A stretch of 64,000 bases of DNA from a bacterium (lineage in GTDB: Bacteria; Patescibacteriota; Dojkabacteria; GCA-016699595), in the NCBI GenBank assembly GCA_016699595.1, contig CP064982.1:11647-75646 (forward strand). The letters are read 5' to 3'. The notes beneath the pieces were generated by a model. It ran no database searches, was not told the DNA's origin, and saw nothing but the letters and a program-made list of their open reading frames with translations. Shown in pieces: positions 30,542 to 39,638 of the stretch. Every line of letters starts with the position of its first letter. Positions within the stretch are counted from its first letter, which is position 1. Position numbers and translations under genes: made by a program.

Positions 30542-30599
30542 AAGTATTGTACAAAGAAAGTTCGAACTGCTACTTATCTGTTACCTATATATTTTTGTT

Positions 30600-31415
30600 A
30601 TGAAGCTGTACTTTAAATGCAAATGGAAGGTTGTAATTTTGTCTGCTTTGACTTTATTCACATTGGGTCCAATATTGGCACCTATTTTTCGTTATCTCAA
30701 TTTTGACTATCTGGCTGATTTGCTATATAACTTTTATCAGTTCTTTTGCCACGAAAGACCTTGGAGAAGTTATCATTTGTTTGATTACCAACTTGCTGTA
30801 TGTAGCAGAGATATAGGTATGTATGCAGGTATGACAATATCAGCTTGGTTTGTCTATTTGAAAAAGTTTCCAAGAATGACGGATAAACTGACTTTTGGGC
30901 TTTTTGCAATTTGTTTGCTACCTATGGCATTTGATGGTGGATCACAACTTTTGGCTGAAATTTTTACAAATGACATTATCCCGTTTTATGAATCTGTAAA
31001 TTTTGTTCGATCCTTTACGGGTATATTAGCAGGAGTAGGTCTCGGACTTGCTTTGATGTCAAACATTTTTGATATGCAAGACAAAGCTTATGGAGGTCGT
31101 ACTACATTGGTTATGTTTGTCAAGAAATTTGGTTCGTTGACTTTCTTTGCTACTATTTTGATTGTTTCTCTAAACATCATTTCATTTAGTACATCAGTAA
31201 AGTATAAGCCAAGTAATTTGCTTGTTGATATTGAGCAAAGGTTTCCGGGTACAAATTACGAAATAACGACAAATTGCGGACATTGTGGAGAAGAGTATGT
31301 GAGGAAGTTTATCAAAGAGCCATTGGATTTGTACTGCTTTCGATTTGAAGTATCAGACAACTTTCATGATAGGGCAAATTGGGATAAGTTTGGATACGAT
31401 AATTGTAAAAAATAA
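30600..31415 (+). CDS. DUF2085-like polytopic membrane protein with a C-terminal CxxC pair
   Basis: CHERPWRSYHLFDYQLAVCSRDIGMYAG resembles the DUF2085 CHQ-PeRSF...C-RC-G-Y-G motif; TNCGHCGEEY. Confidence 0.4.
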   Translation: MKLYFKCKWKVVILSALTLFTLGPILAPIFRYLNFDYLADLLYNFYQFFCHERPWRSYHLFDYQLAVCSRDIGMYAGMTISAWFVYLKKFPRMTDKLTFGLFAICLLPMAFDGGSQLLAEIFTNDIIPFYESVNFVRSFTGILAGVGLGLALMSNIFDMQDKAYGGRTTLVMFVKKFGSLTFFATILIVSLNIISFSTSVKYKPSNLLVDIEQRFPGTNYEITTNCGHCGEEYVRKFIKEPLDLYCFRFEVSDNFHDRANWDKFGYDNCKK

Positions 31416-31628
31416 TCTTGAATTTGTATGAAGTGTAATTATGGGTTTTTACACTGGTTCGTTTTAGGTACCAAAATTTCAATAATAATTGCAATCAGGT
31501 AGAAATTTGTGATAAGATTGCTTTATTATTGAAAGTTGTGCTATAATCTATATATAAAGAATGTATGAAATATACAAACTTGACAACAAGTCAATTGCGT
31601 GAGCAATGGCTTTTTGTGAAAAACTTTT

Positions 31629-33167
31629 ATGCGTGGAGGAGAATCAACACTAACAATACCAGCTCTAGATTATATCGGGCAAAGTCCTTATTTGGAATAT
31701 ATTGGGGACGGTCCAAGGGATCAGATCTATGGAGTAATTGCTCAAATAGCTAAATCCAAAGGATTAGGTTTAGATGAGTATCTTGGTAATGCACCTGAGC
31801 GGGGCACAAGAGCTGAAAATATGGAAAAATTCGTTCGAGATTTATCTGAAAAGTATGGGCAAGCAGGAGCTTCTGATGCGTATAATAGATTGGTTGGTGA
31901 TGTTGCTGCCCAAACTGGTCTAACACCGAAAGAAGTCAATAAAGGAATAGTAGTGATTTCGGGTGAGCGCGGAAATCTTTTGGATGAACTTATGCTAGTA
32001 GCAAGTGGAGATCCTCAAGCCGTGGCAAGGTTTGAGAAGATGCAAGGGTATTATGATAAGGCATTTCCTGAAGGTGCAGTAAAGGATGGGTGGGAAGGAG
32101 TACTTGAAAAAGTTTTCGCAAATATATCTGCAGAAGCCCAGTTTATGGACGCTTCAACGGCAGGCAGAACGGTAGTTGGAGGAAATGAAGCTGGGACAGG
32201 AGCTTCAGAGGCAGGTCGACCATGGTTACAGGATCTTGGAATTGGTCCTAGACCTGAATATCAAGCTATGGTAGGACAAGTAGAGTCACTTCAAACATTC
32301 AAAAAGGAGAATAGCATCGATTTAAGTGGTATTCTTTGTATTAGTGGTATACTATGTTTAGTCGGAGTAATGGCAGTGTTCTCCCGCAGAAGACATGGCA
32401 ATTCCATGAATTCAGAGAATCAAAACGCTAAAGTATCAAAAGAAGCAAAAAAAACCACAGAAAGTAATCTTAAAGAAAATGATAAAGTATCTAAATTGCC
32501 AATATCATGGAGGATAAGTCAGTGGCGCAGGAGAGTTGGTGAAGGAATAAGGAAAATTAGTGACAGAATAGATGATGCAGTAATCCAGATAACCGATATC
32601 TTTGATAGGAGGGGAAGCCAGGATAACTGGCCAAAACACTCTAATTATAGATCTGAAGGTGGTAATGGAGGAAAACAAAATGCCTCTGTAGATACAAAGA
32701 GAGGGCAAGGTAATCCAACATCATTAAGTAGCTCAAAGGAAGGAAATAATGGAGTTCCAGAACCAAGCAAATATTTTCAGGAGTTAAAACAATTTGTAGG
32801 AGATAATGAGATCGTATTTTACAACTCAGCGGCAGTTGAAGAATCTCCAAGGGACATGAGTGGAGAATCATATTTTGGGCTAGAACCTCAAGGGGACAAG
32901 ATTAAAGGATTAGAAGAAGTTGTAGAATCTCTAGAGATCAAGGTTAAAAGATTAGAAGAAGTTGTAGCAGGTCAAGGGGACAAGATTGAAAAATTAGAAG
33001 AAACTGTAGCAGCTCAAGGGGACAAGATTAAAAGATTAGAAGAAGTTGTAGCAGCTCAAAAAGACATAAGATGGAGGCTTAGTAAGCTTGAATCCACCCA
33101 AGGAAACGGTGGTGGAGGCAATGGTTCTAATAATAACGCTACTTACAGTGGAAGCAATGTAATGTAA
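31629..33167 (+). CDS. hypothetical bitopic protein: soluble N-terminal domain, TM helix, C-terminal coiled-coil repeats and a Gly/Asn-rich tail
   Basis: TM ILCISGILCLVGVMAVF; repeats (Q)GDKI(K/E)xLEE(V/T)VAxQ; tail GNGGGGNGSNNN. Confidence 0.45.
   Translation: MRGGESTLTIPALDYIGQSPYLEYIGDGPRDQIYGVIAQIAKSKGLGLDEYLGNAPERGTRAENMEKFVRDLSEKYGQAGASDAYNRLVGDVAAQTGLTPKEVNKGIVVISGERGNLLDELMLVASGDPQAVARFEKMQGYYDKAFPEGAVKDGWEGVLEKVFANISAEAQFMDASTAGRTVVGGNEAGTGASEAGRPWLQDLGIGPRPEYQAMVGQVESLQTFKKENSIDLSGILCISGILCLVGVMAVFSRRRHGNSMNSENQNAKVSKEAKKTTESNLKENDKVSKLPISWRISQWRRRVGEGIRKISDRIDDAVIQITDIFDRRGSQDNWPKHSNYRSEGGNGGKQNASVDTKRGQGNPTSLSSSKEGNNGVPEPSKYFQELKQFVGDNEIVFYNSAAVEESPRDMSGESYFGLEPQGDKIKGLEEVVESLEIKVKRLEEVVAGQGDKIEKLEETVAAQGDKIKRLEEVVAAQKDIRWRLSKLESTQGNGGGGNGSNNNATYSGSNVM
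32886..33060 (+). repeat. in-frame tandem ~42-bp coding repeats (3-4 copies) inside the 31629 gene
   Basis: caaggggacaagatt(a/g)aa(a/g)(a/g)attagaagaa(g/a)(t/c)tgtagca repeated at ~32889, 32973, 33015. Confidence 0.6.
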
Positions 33168-33212
33168 TCATTTGATAAATTCTTTGTGTATCTTGAATTG
33201 CTCAGATTATTG

Positions 33213-34670
33213 TCATGATTTTCGAATCAACATAGCACTGCTTCTCAGCTTTCTATGATATGTGATACCAAACCTATGAGACTCATCTCGCAATCTCTGG
33301 ATGAGTCTCAAGGCTTCTGACTTTCTTCTCAAACTTATAGTCTTGTATCCTACTATTTTTCTGCCTTTGGGACTCTCATCAACAAAAATGGGCAAAATTA
33401 TCTCTTCGAACTTTTTCGCAAGACCAAAGTATGGTATGCAAATTTCTGTTGATTGAAAGGCTTCTTCAACTCTGCTAAGCTGCGTCTTGCCACCATCAAT
33501 AATTATTAGATTGGGGGTTATCCCAAAGGTTCTAGGTTTGTCTTTAGTTTCTATTTCACTACTAGTATTGCTCGTTTCTTGGATATATTTCAATCTTCGT
33601 ATCAACATTTCCTTCATCATACCAGGGTCGTCTGGAGTGTCTTTACTTCTAATTTTGAACTTGCGGTAAGAATTCGGATTTAGCTGACCATTTTCCATAA
33701 CTGTCATTGCACCAACAGCAAACTTTCCTTGTATATTTGAAATGTCAAAACACTCTATACGAAAATTCGATTGATAAATCTCCTTCATGTCAATTGCAGA
33801 AAGTAATTCATTTAGAGCAGTTGCTCTTTCTTGTTGCTTGAGTATATCTATCAACTTATCATCAACTTTAGAACCTATGGTTACTTTGTTCAATACATAC
33901 TTAATGTTGTTTACCTTATCCCTAATTGTGATAGCCTTTTCAAAGTCTAATTCTTTGGCTGCGACTTTCATCTCGTTTTCAAGATCAATCAAAATTTCTC
34001 GTTTTTTGCCACCAAGAAAGAGCTTGATATTGTTTATTGAGTTTTTGTATTCTTTAGAACTAATTTGCCCAGCACAAGGAGCTTTGCAAAGTCCCAAGTT
34101 GAAGTACAGACATGGCTTTGGGTTTGAGCATACCAAACTTTCTCCATTTTCCCTTTTCTCTAGGTACATTGTTCTATTGCAAGTGCGAAAGTTCCACAAC
34201 TTTCTAAGTTTTTTTATGACCTCTTTGATAGGAAAAGTATCGTTGTAAGGACCCAGGTAAGTAGAACTATTCTTTTTCTTGGTATGTATATCAGCACTTT
34301 TGGGTTGTCGGACAATCTTGATTCTGGGGAAATCTTCATTGGTAATTTCAATCCATGAATAGTTTTTGTCGTCCATTTTCATCCGATTGAACTTTGGTTT
34401 ATGTTTTTTGATCAAGTTGGTTTCAAGTATCAAGGCTTCTGCCTCGTTATCCACAACTACGAAATCCAAAGTATCAATACTTCTAATGAGTAACTTGGTT
34501 TTGCCGTCTAACCTATCATAGTTAGTGAAATACGATTTCACCCTGTTCTTCAGTCGATTGGCTTTGCCAACATAAATCACTTTTCCATCTTGATTTTTGT
34601 ATAAGTAACAACCTGGTAATTGTGGAAGTGAGTTGATTTTCAATTCCAAGTTGGGATTTGCTTTGAACAC
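33213..34670 (-). CDS. uvrC: excinuclease ABC subunit C, short form lacking the C-terminal (HhH)2 domain
   Basis: GIY-YIG PGCYLYKNQDGKVIYVGKANRLKNRVKSYF, UVR domain, RNase-H-like RIECFDISNIQG / IIDGGKTQL / HRFGITYHRKLR. Confidence 0.75.
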   Translation of the reverse strand: MFKANPNLELKINSLPQLPGCYLYKNQDGKVIYVGKANRLKNRVKSYFTNYDRLDGKTKLLIRSIDTLDFVVVDNEAEALILETNLIKKHKPKFNRMKMDDKNYSWIEITNEDFPRIKIVRQPKSADIHTKKKNSSTYLGPYNDTFPIKEVIKKLRKLWNFRTCNRTMYLEKRENGESLVCSNPKPCLYFNLGLCKAPCAGQISSKEYKNSINNIKLFLGGKKREILIDLENEMKVAAKELDFEKAITIRDKVNNIKYVLNKVTIGSKVDDKLIDILKQQERATALNELLSAIDMKEIYQSNFRIECFDISNIQGKFAVGAMTVMENGQLNPNSYRKFKIRSKDTPDDPGMMKEMLIRRLKYIQETSNTSSEIETKDKPRTFGITPNLIIIDGGKTQLSRVEEAFQSTEICIPYFGLAKKFEEIILPIFVDESPKGRKIVGYKTISLRRKSEALRLIQRLRDESHRFGITYHRKLRSSAMLIRKS

Positions 34671-34774
34671 AGTAAGAATTATACTTCAATAGTAAAGAAT
34701 TTTGAAGAAAGATTGATATTGGAGGCTTTCTAAATAAGGAGAATTACTCGCTTTAATTTGTAAAAGAGCTAGAG

Positions 34775-35296
34775 TTAAGGTTGAAGTAGGTAGCTAATTG
34801 AATTTAGGTCACTATAGTTATGATTATTTCCTGGAATATTTATCAACTTCAAAATGTCACTTTCTGGTAGCTTTTCTTTAAGTGCAGTAAATCCAATTTG
34901 GGGGTCAAGAGTTTTTTGTAAAATAATGACTCTGCTAGTCAGTGATTGCAATTGACAAACTAATGGGTACTCAATTGCTTCAGCGAATCTCAGAGGAATC
35001 CCTGCAAAAACTGAAAGAGTAGGATGCTCAATTGTATGGTAACTTTCAAGAAACTTCAAAAACAAAATGATACCAGCAGATTTTGCAAATACTTTATAGC
35101 TCTCATTTTGGCGTTTGGATAGTATTTCGTATAACTTAGTCAATTCAAAGTCATAGTCAATCAATTCTTCCCCAGTTTGCCAGTGATTGTAAAGAATCGT
35201 AATTGGATTCAAATTATGACCTTGAAATTCGAATTCCAAATCTTTGGCATACTGTTCATTATTTTTAGAATTTCCTGGAAGGATAAGTGTGAACAT
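34775..35296 (-). CDS. hypothetical protein (possibly alpha/beta-hydrolase-like)
   Basis: 173 aa; weak GxSxG-like KSAGI. Confidence 0.3.
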   Translation of the reverse strand: MFTLILPGNSKNNEQYAKDLEFEFQGHNLNPITILYNHWQTGEELIDYDFELTKLYEILSKRQNESYKVFAKSAGIILFLKFLESYHTIEHPTLSVFAGIPLRFAEAIEYPLVCQLQSLTSRVIILQKTLDPQIGFTALKEKLPESDILKLINIPGNNHNYSDLNSISYLLQP

Positions 35297-35343
35297 TTAT
35301 TTTCAAAAATTGGTAGCATTAAATTTGAATAATTCAATAACAA

Positions 35344-37602
35344 TCAATGAAAAAGAGAGTGTATTAGAGAAAGTAGTACATTCATCTTACCAGTACTAGC
35401 TAGAGATGCATTGATAGTAATACTAACATCCGTACTCCCCAAAACTCCTGCTATACTCTCTTTCGATACTGTTAGCATGTAGCTACTACCTGTTAGGTTT
35501 GCATTTGATACACAACTTACACTACTTCCTGTTGCTGGTGTAGGTGTACATGTGAAATTTGGTATAGTCACCTTATCTCCTACTTCCGTTACCACAACTA
35601 CTGTAGGCTTGGTACTGTTCGTACTTGATACTATCTCTACACGGGTACTTGTTTGTATAACTAAATTCAATATAGTCGATCTTGCTGATTCTTGTCCTGA
35701 TCCATTTGTATCAGTATAACTGAGTACATAACTAGCATTTGTTACTGGGAATATCAAATTTAATGTTACTGGTCCAGTAGCTGTACATGTATAAGTTGTG
35801 AGTAGGTCATTACCACTATACACTTTTAGAGTATTGCCTACTTCACTACATGTCAAGCTTACATCTGGTGTATTGTCTGATGTGACATTGTCAGTAGAAG
35901 ATATACCTGTATCGCTACTAGTTAGCAGGTCAATCATTACAGGTTGAGTTGGTGGGGTACTGTCACTCACATACACATTGAAATTTTTGTCAAATACTCC
36001 CCCTAGGTTATCTGTTACTCTGATACATAGACTGTAGATACTTTTCGTTTCATAGTCTGGTTGTACATTTAGTCTTAGGTTGTTTGTTGATATATTGAAA
36101 TCTCCATCATCTACTCCTGGTACTGCACATGATAGGGAGTATGTATATGGGGAGTCTCCTTCTGCATCTGTTGCTGTCAGTACTCCAACTTGGTATGGTG
36201 ATACTATACCCTCTGTTACTACATTATTACTTAGGCTTATGTCAGTAGGATCTTCGTTAGTATAGGTTACAAATACATCTACCATTGAATTTGTATCTCC
36301 AGGGACGAGGTTGTTTGAAGATGATGCATAAGCTACATAGCGACCATTATTACTAATTCCTGGGAAAGCAACTGCAAATATGCCATTATTCGACTGTGCT
36401 CCGTCATGAGCTAATGAAACAAGCTTATTCGTTGATGTTGCAAGGTCGTACACAAAAATATCTGACTTTGCATTTGTGTCAGATGCTACCAGATTACTTG
36501 CTACAGAAGCATATGCGATGCTTGTGCCGTCATTTGATATCTTTCCAAAGGTTGAATTTCCATTTGATAGATTTCCATCAAATCCTGTAGATATTCTTCT
36601 CGTAGTTCCATCACTCGTATCGTATAGAAATATATCTGTAGTACCTGTATCTGATGGGACCAGATTTGTCGCTGTCGAATGATAAACGATATATCTGCCA
36701 TCTCCTGAGATAGATGGAAAATTTGAATTTCCATTAGCTTCTGCTCCACCTATACCTGTTGATATTTTGGTTGTTGTGTTTGTCAGTCTATTTCTTAAAA
36801 AGATATCAGATTTCGCGTTTGTGTCAACCAAAACTAAATCAGAAGCTGTTGATTCGAACACTATAAAATTTCCATCGTTTGATATGTCAGGAAAATCAGA
36901 GGTGTTATTTGAATATGTATGAGATGTGGTTAAAGAAATTGGATAAGTTTCATTTGTTTCTATATTTTTCAAGTATATTTGTCGAAAACTAGGAGTTCCT
37001 GGTACTGTATCCAAGTTTGTAGAGTTTGAGGCAAAAGCTACAAATTTACCATCTACTGTCATAGTACCATGAGTTGTAGGTAGGTCTCCGAGAACACTAG
37101 AACTACTCGTATCAACTTGTATCAATGCATTTGACATCAAATCCTTTCGAAAAATACTGATACCAACAGAGCTACTGGGGCTTAAGTTAGTTGACTTATA
37201 GCCAAACTCGACATACCTTCCATCAAAAGAAATGCTTGGAAAAAGTGAAAAATTAGTTACAGATATCCCAACAGCTTCTTCTTCAAGGTTTGTAAGATTT
37301 ATTCTTCGAATTGTTCCAAGGTTTCTATCAAACAAGAATCCATCTTTCAAACCATTCGTATCTCCCGGAACTAAGTTTGATGCTGCAGAGCTGAATACAA
37401 CATATCTACCATCTCCTGTAATTGCTATTCTTTTGTCATCAGCTAGTCCACCAATTATACCTACTGAATGACCATTTGCTTGATTTCCTGAACTATCAAC
37501 TGATATTCTCTCTACATATCTTGTAGTAGCTGCATACGCAGGAAGGGTAAATATACCAAGCAGCAATAGTGTGTATATTGTTAGTTTGAGCAGTGTTTTC
37601 AT
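35344..37602 (-). CDS. large secreted surface protein: beta-propeller-like repeats plus a cadherin-like domain
   Basis: Signal peptide; recurring ...NLVPxDTNxxxDIFLYD blades; cadherin-like TATDAEGDSPYTYSL ... DYETKSIYSLCIRVTDNLG. Confidence 0.6.
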   Translation of the reverse strand: MKTLLKLTIYTLLLLGIFTLPAYAATTRYVERISVDSSGNQANGHSVGIIGGLADDKRIAITGDGRYVVFSSAASNLVPGDTNGLKDGFLFDRNLGTIRRINLTNLEEEAVGISVTNFSLFPSISFDGRYVEFGYKSTNLSPSSSVGISIFRKDLMSNALIQVDTSSSSVLGDLPTTHGTMTVDGKFVAFASNSTNLDTVPGTPSFRQIYLKNIETNETYPISLTTSHTYSNNTSDFPDISNDGNFIVFESTASDLVLVDTNAKSDIFLRNRLTNTTTKISTGIGGAEANGNSNFPSISGDGRYIVYHSTATNLVPSDTGTTDIFLYDTSDGTTRRISTGFDGNLSNGNSTFGKISNDGTSIAYASVASNLVASDTNAKSDIFVYDLATSTNKLVSLAHDGAQSNNGIFAVAFPGISNNGRYVAYASSSNNLVPGDTNSMVDVFVTYTNEDPTDISLSNNVVTEGIVSPYQVGVLTATDAEGDSPYTYSLSCAVPGVDDGDFNISTNNLRLNVQPDYETKSIYSLCIRVTDNLGGVFDKNFNVYVSDSTPPTQPVMIDLLTSSDTGISSTDNVTSDNTPDVSLTCSEVGNTLKVYSGNDLLTTYTCTATGPVTLNLIFPVTNASYVLSYTDTNGSGQESARSTILNLVIQTSTRVEIVSSTNSTKPTVVVVTEVGDKVTIPNFTCTPTPATGSSVSCVSNANLTGSSYMLTVSKESIAGVLGSTDVSITINASLASTGKMNVLLSLIHSLFH

Positions 37603-37713
37603 GTTTATTTTTAGTAATGATAGAATCTAAAAATGTTTTCTACTAATTATTGTACATATTTGCGTATGCAATATCAATAAGTTTTAATCTGTCGTTTTGG
37701 TATAATCAAATTT

Positions 37714-38862
37714 ATGTTCATACAATATACGATTTTCTTCACTCTGTCGCTATTGATAAGTATTTTACTATCAAAGCTAATTATCCAACTACTGATAAAG
37801 TTTGATATCACTCGTCGTTCATCAAGAAATATCAATGCTACAGAAAAAGATGGTAAGCCTATAATGGGAGGACTGATATTCATCATTCCGACAGTTATAG
37901 TATCTCTTTTTGCGAATTATATTTTGCCAGAAGGTAGATTTGTTTATGATTCATCTATTGGCATACTACAGAATGTATCTAACTTTTTTGGAGCTGGGGT
38001 TATCAAAATTCCAATTTTAGTTTTTCTTTTAGCTGCAATTTTGGGAGGAGTCGATGACCTTTTGAACTTGTTTGGGACTGATAGAGCTATATTGAAACTT
38101 TCTAGGGTATTGAAATTGATCACTGTCCATAAATCAATCTTCGAGAGAGTGAAGTTAGCGATTTTATTTCCTTGGCATGCATATAAAAACTTCTTTTTTA
38201 TACTTGGTAGCAATCCCGGAAAAGGAGTTCAGGCTCATGAAAAGATATTGGTGCAGGTCGTAATAGGAACAATTATAGCTTGGTGGATTTATGGGTATAT
38301 GGGAATTTCTGGTGTAACAATTCCATTCTTAGGGGCGATTTCTTTGGGTCTACTGATGTACCCATTTACGATTTTGACAGTGATGACAATGGCAAATGCT
38401 GTAAATATCACAGATGGAGTTGATGGTTTGTCTTCTGGATTATCGATAATTACTTTGACAGGATTTTTCATAGTAGCTATTGTTAAAAGAAACAGTCCTA
38501 TAGCAGTACTCATCTCTATTTTGCTAGGAGGTTTAGTTGTTTACTTTTACTATAACAAAAAACCTGCAAAGGTAGAAATGGGAGATACAGGGAGTCTTGC
38601 ACTAGGAGTCATAATAACTGCAATTGCTCTTGCACTAAATCAGGCTTTTCTACTTGTACCATTTTGCCTAATGTTTTTGATTGAGTTTGCAAGTTCATTT
38701 ATACAAGGATTGGGAAGGAGATTTTTAGGAAGAAGGATTTTCAAAATGGCGCCACTTCATCATCACTTTGAGATGCTTGGTTGGCGAGAGGAAAGGATAG
38801 TTAGAGCTTTCCTGTTTGTCGGGGTTCTAGGCGTGTTTTTAGGGCTAATTTGGGTTATTTGA
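37714..38862 (+). CDS. mraY: phospho-N-acetylmuramoyl-pentapeptide transferase
   Basis: NAVNITDGVDGLSSG and APLHHHFEMLGW MraY signatures; ten TM segments. Confidence 0.85.
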   Translation: MFIQYTIFFTLSLLISILLSKLIIQLLIKFDITRRSSRNINATEKDGKPIMGGLIFIIPTVIVSLFANYILPEGRFVYDSSIGILQNVSNFFGAGVIKIPILVFLLAAILGGVDDLLNLFGTDRAILKLSRVLKLITVHKSIFERVKLAILFPWHAYKNFFFILGSNPGKGVQAHEKILVQVVIGTIIAWWIYGYMGISGVTIPFLGAISLGLLMYPFTILTVMTMANAVNITDGVDGLSSGLSIITLTGFFIVAIVKRNSPIAVLISILLGGLVVYFYYNKKPAKVEMGDTGSLALGVIITAIALALNQAFLLVPFCLMFLIEFASSFIQGLGRRFLGRRIFKMAPLHHHFEMLGWREERIVRAFLFVGVLGVFLGLIWVI

Positions 38863-38869
38863 AATATCT

Positions 38870-39484
38870 ATGTACAATATTTTTTTATTCTCAAACTCCA
38901 CAGATCCCAAAAGTATCAAAGTGCTGGAAGAGAATATTCCTGATCTTTATACAAAAAACATTGCTTACATTGAAACTGGAAATAGTGGCTATGGGTATGA
39001 TGTAGGCTTTACACCGCATTCACAAGAATTTGTGGAATCTAAGTTCGCAAATTTTGAAATTATTGATATAGATTCAAATGAGTTTGCATCAGGAAGCTTG
39101 ACAAAGGTGATTTCTCTACAAGAAAAACTTTTGAAATTTGATATCTTGCTTTTATCAGGTGGATTGCCTGGATATTTGAAGTATTGGCTCGATCGATATG
39201 ATTTTGGTCCACTCCTCAAAAAGTTCCTCAGCCAAAATGGAATATACATTGGATCATCTGCTAGCTCGATGGTTATGGCAAGCTCTTTCAAATGTGCTCA
39301 GGTAGAGTTAGACGATGAGATGGAAATCGGAGCATCAAATTTTCAGGGATTTGGCTTTGTGGAAGGTGAAATTTGGCCACATTATCAAGATGAACATGAA
39401 GATACTCTTGCTAAATTTGAAAAGGAAAATGATCTTAAGATTACTAGGCTTAGAGATGGCGAGGGAATTTATTTGACATATTAA
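38870..39484 (+). CDS. peptidase S51 (dipeptidase E/cyanophycinase-like) family protein
   Basis: LLLSGGLPGYL ... NGIYIGSSASSMVMAS resembles the S51 GG..L / G.SAG core. Confidence 0.5.
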   Translation: MYNIFLFSNSTDPKSIKVLEENIPDLYTKNIAYIETGNSGYGYDVGFTPHSQEFVESKFANFEIIDIDSNEFASGSLTKVISLQEKLLKFDILLLSGGLPGYLKYWLDRYDFGPLLKKFLSQNGIYIGSSASSMVMASSFKCAQVELDDEMEIGASNFQGFGFVEGEIWPHYQDEHEDTLAKFEKENDLKITRLRDGEGIYLTY

Positions 39485-39638
39485 ACTGATGTTTAGTGTC
39501 AGTGTAAATTTTATAGTAGTCAAAAAAAGATTATGCTATTATGACTGCATTTGCGAAATCATTCTAAGTTTGGAAATAGTTTGTTCGCACAAAAAAAGTT
39601 TAACTTTGCGAAGTTGCAATTCAAAATTTTATCAAGAA

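Noticed and set aside
31565-31753. 62-aa ORF upstream of, and overlapping, the 31629 gene
   Set aside because: It is out of frame with the long ORF and has no distinguishing features. Probably spurious, though a leader peptide cannot be excluded.
32886-33060. CRISPR array
   Set aside because: The only regular direct repeats in the window are in-frame coding repeats of a coiled-coil protein. There are no spacer-repeat structures and no cas genes.
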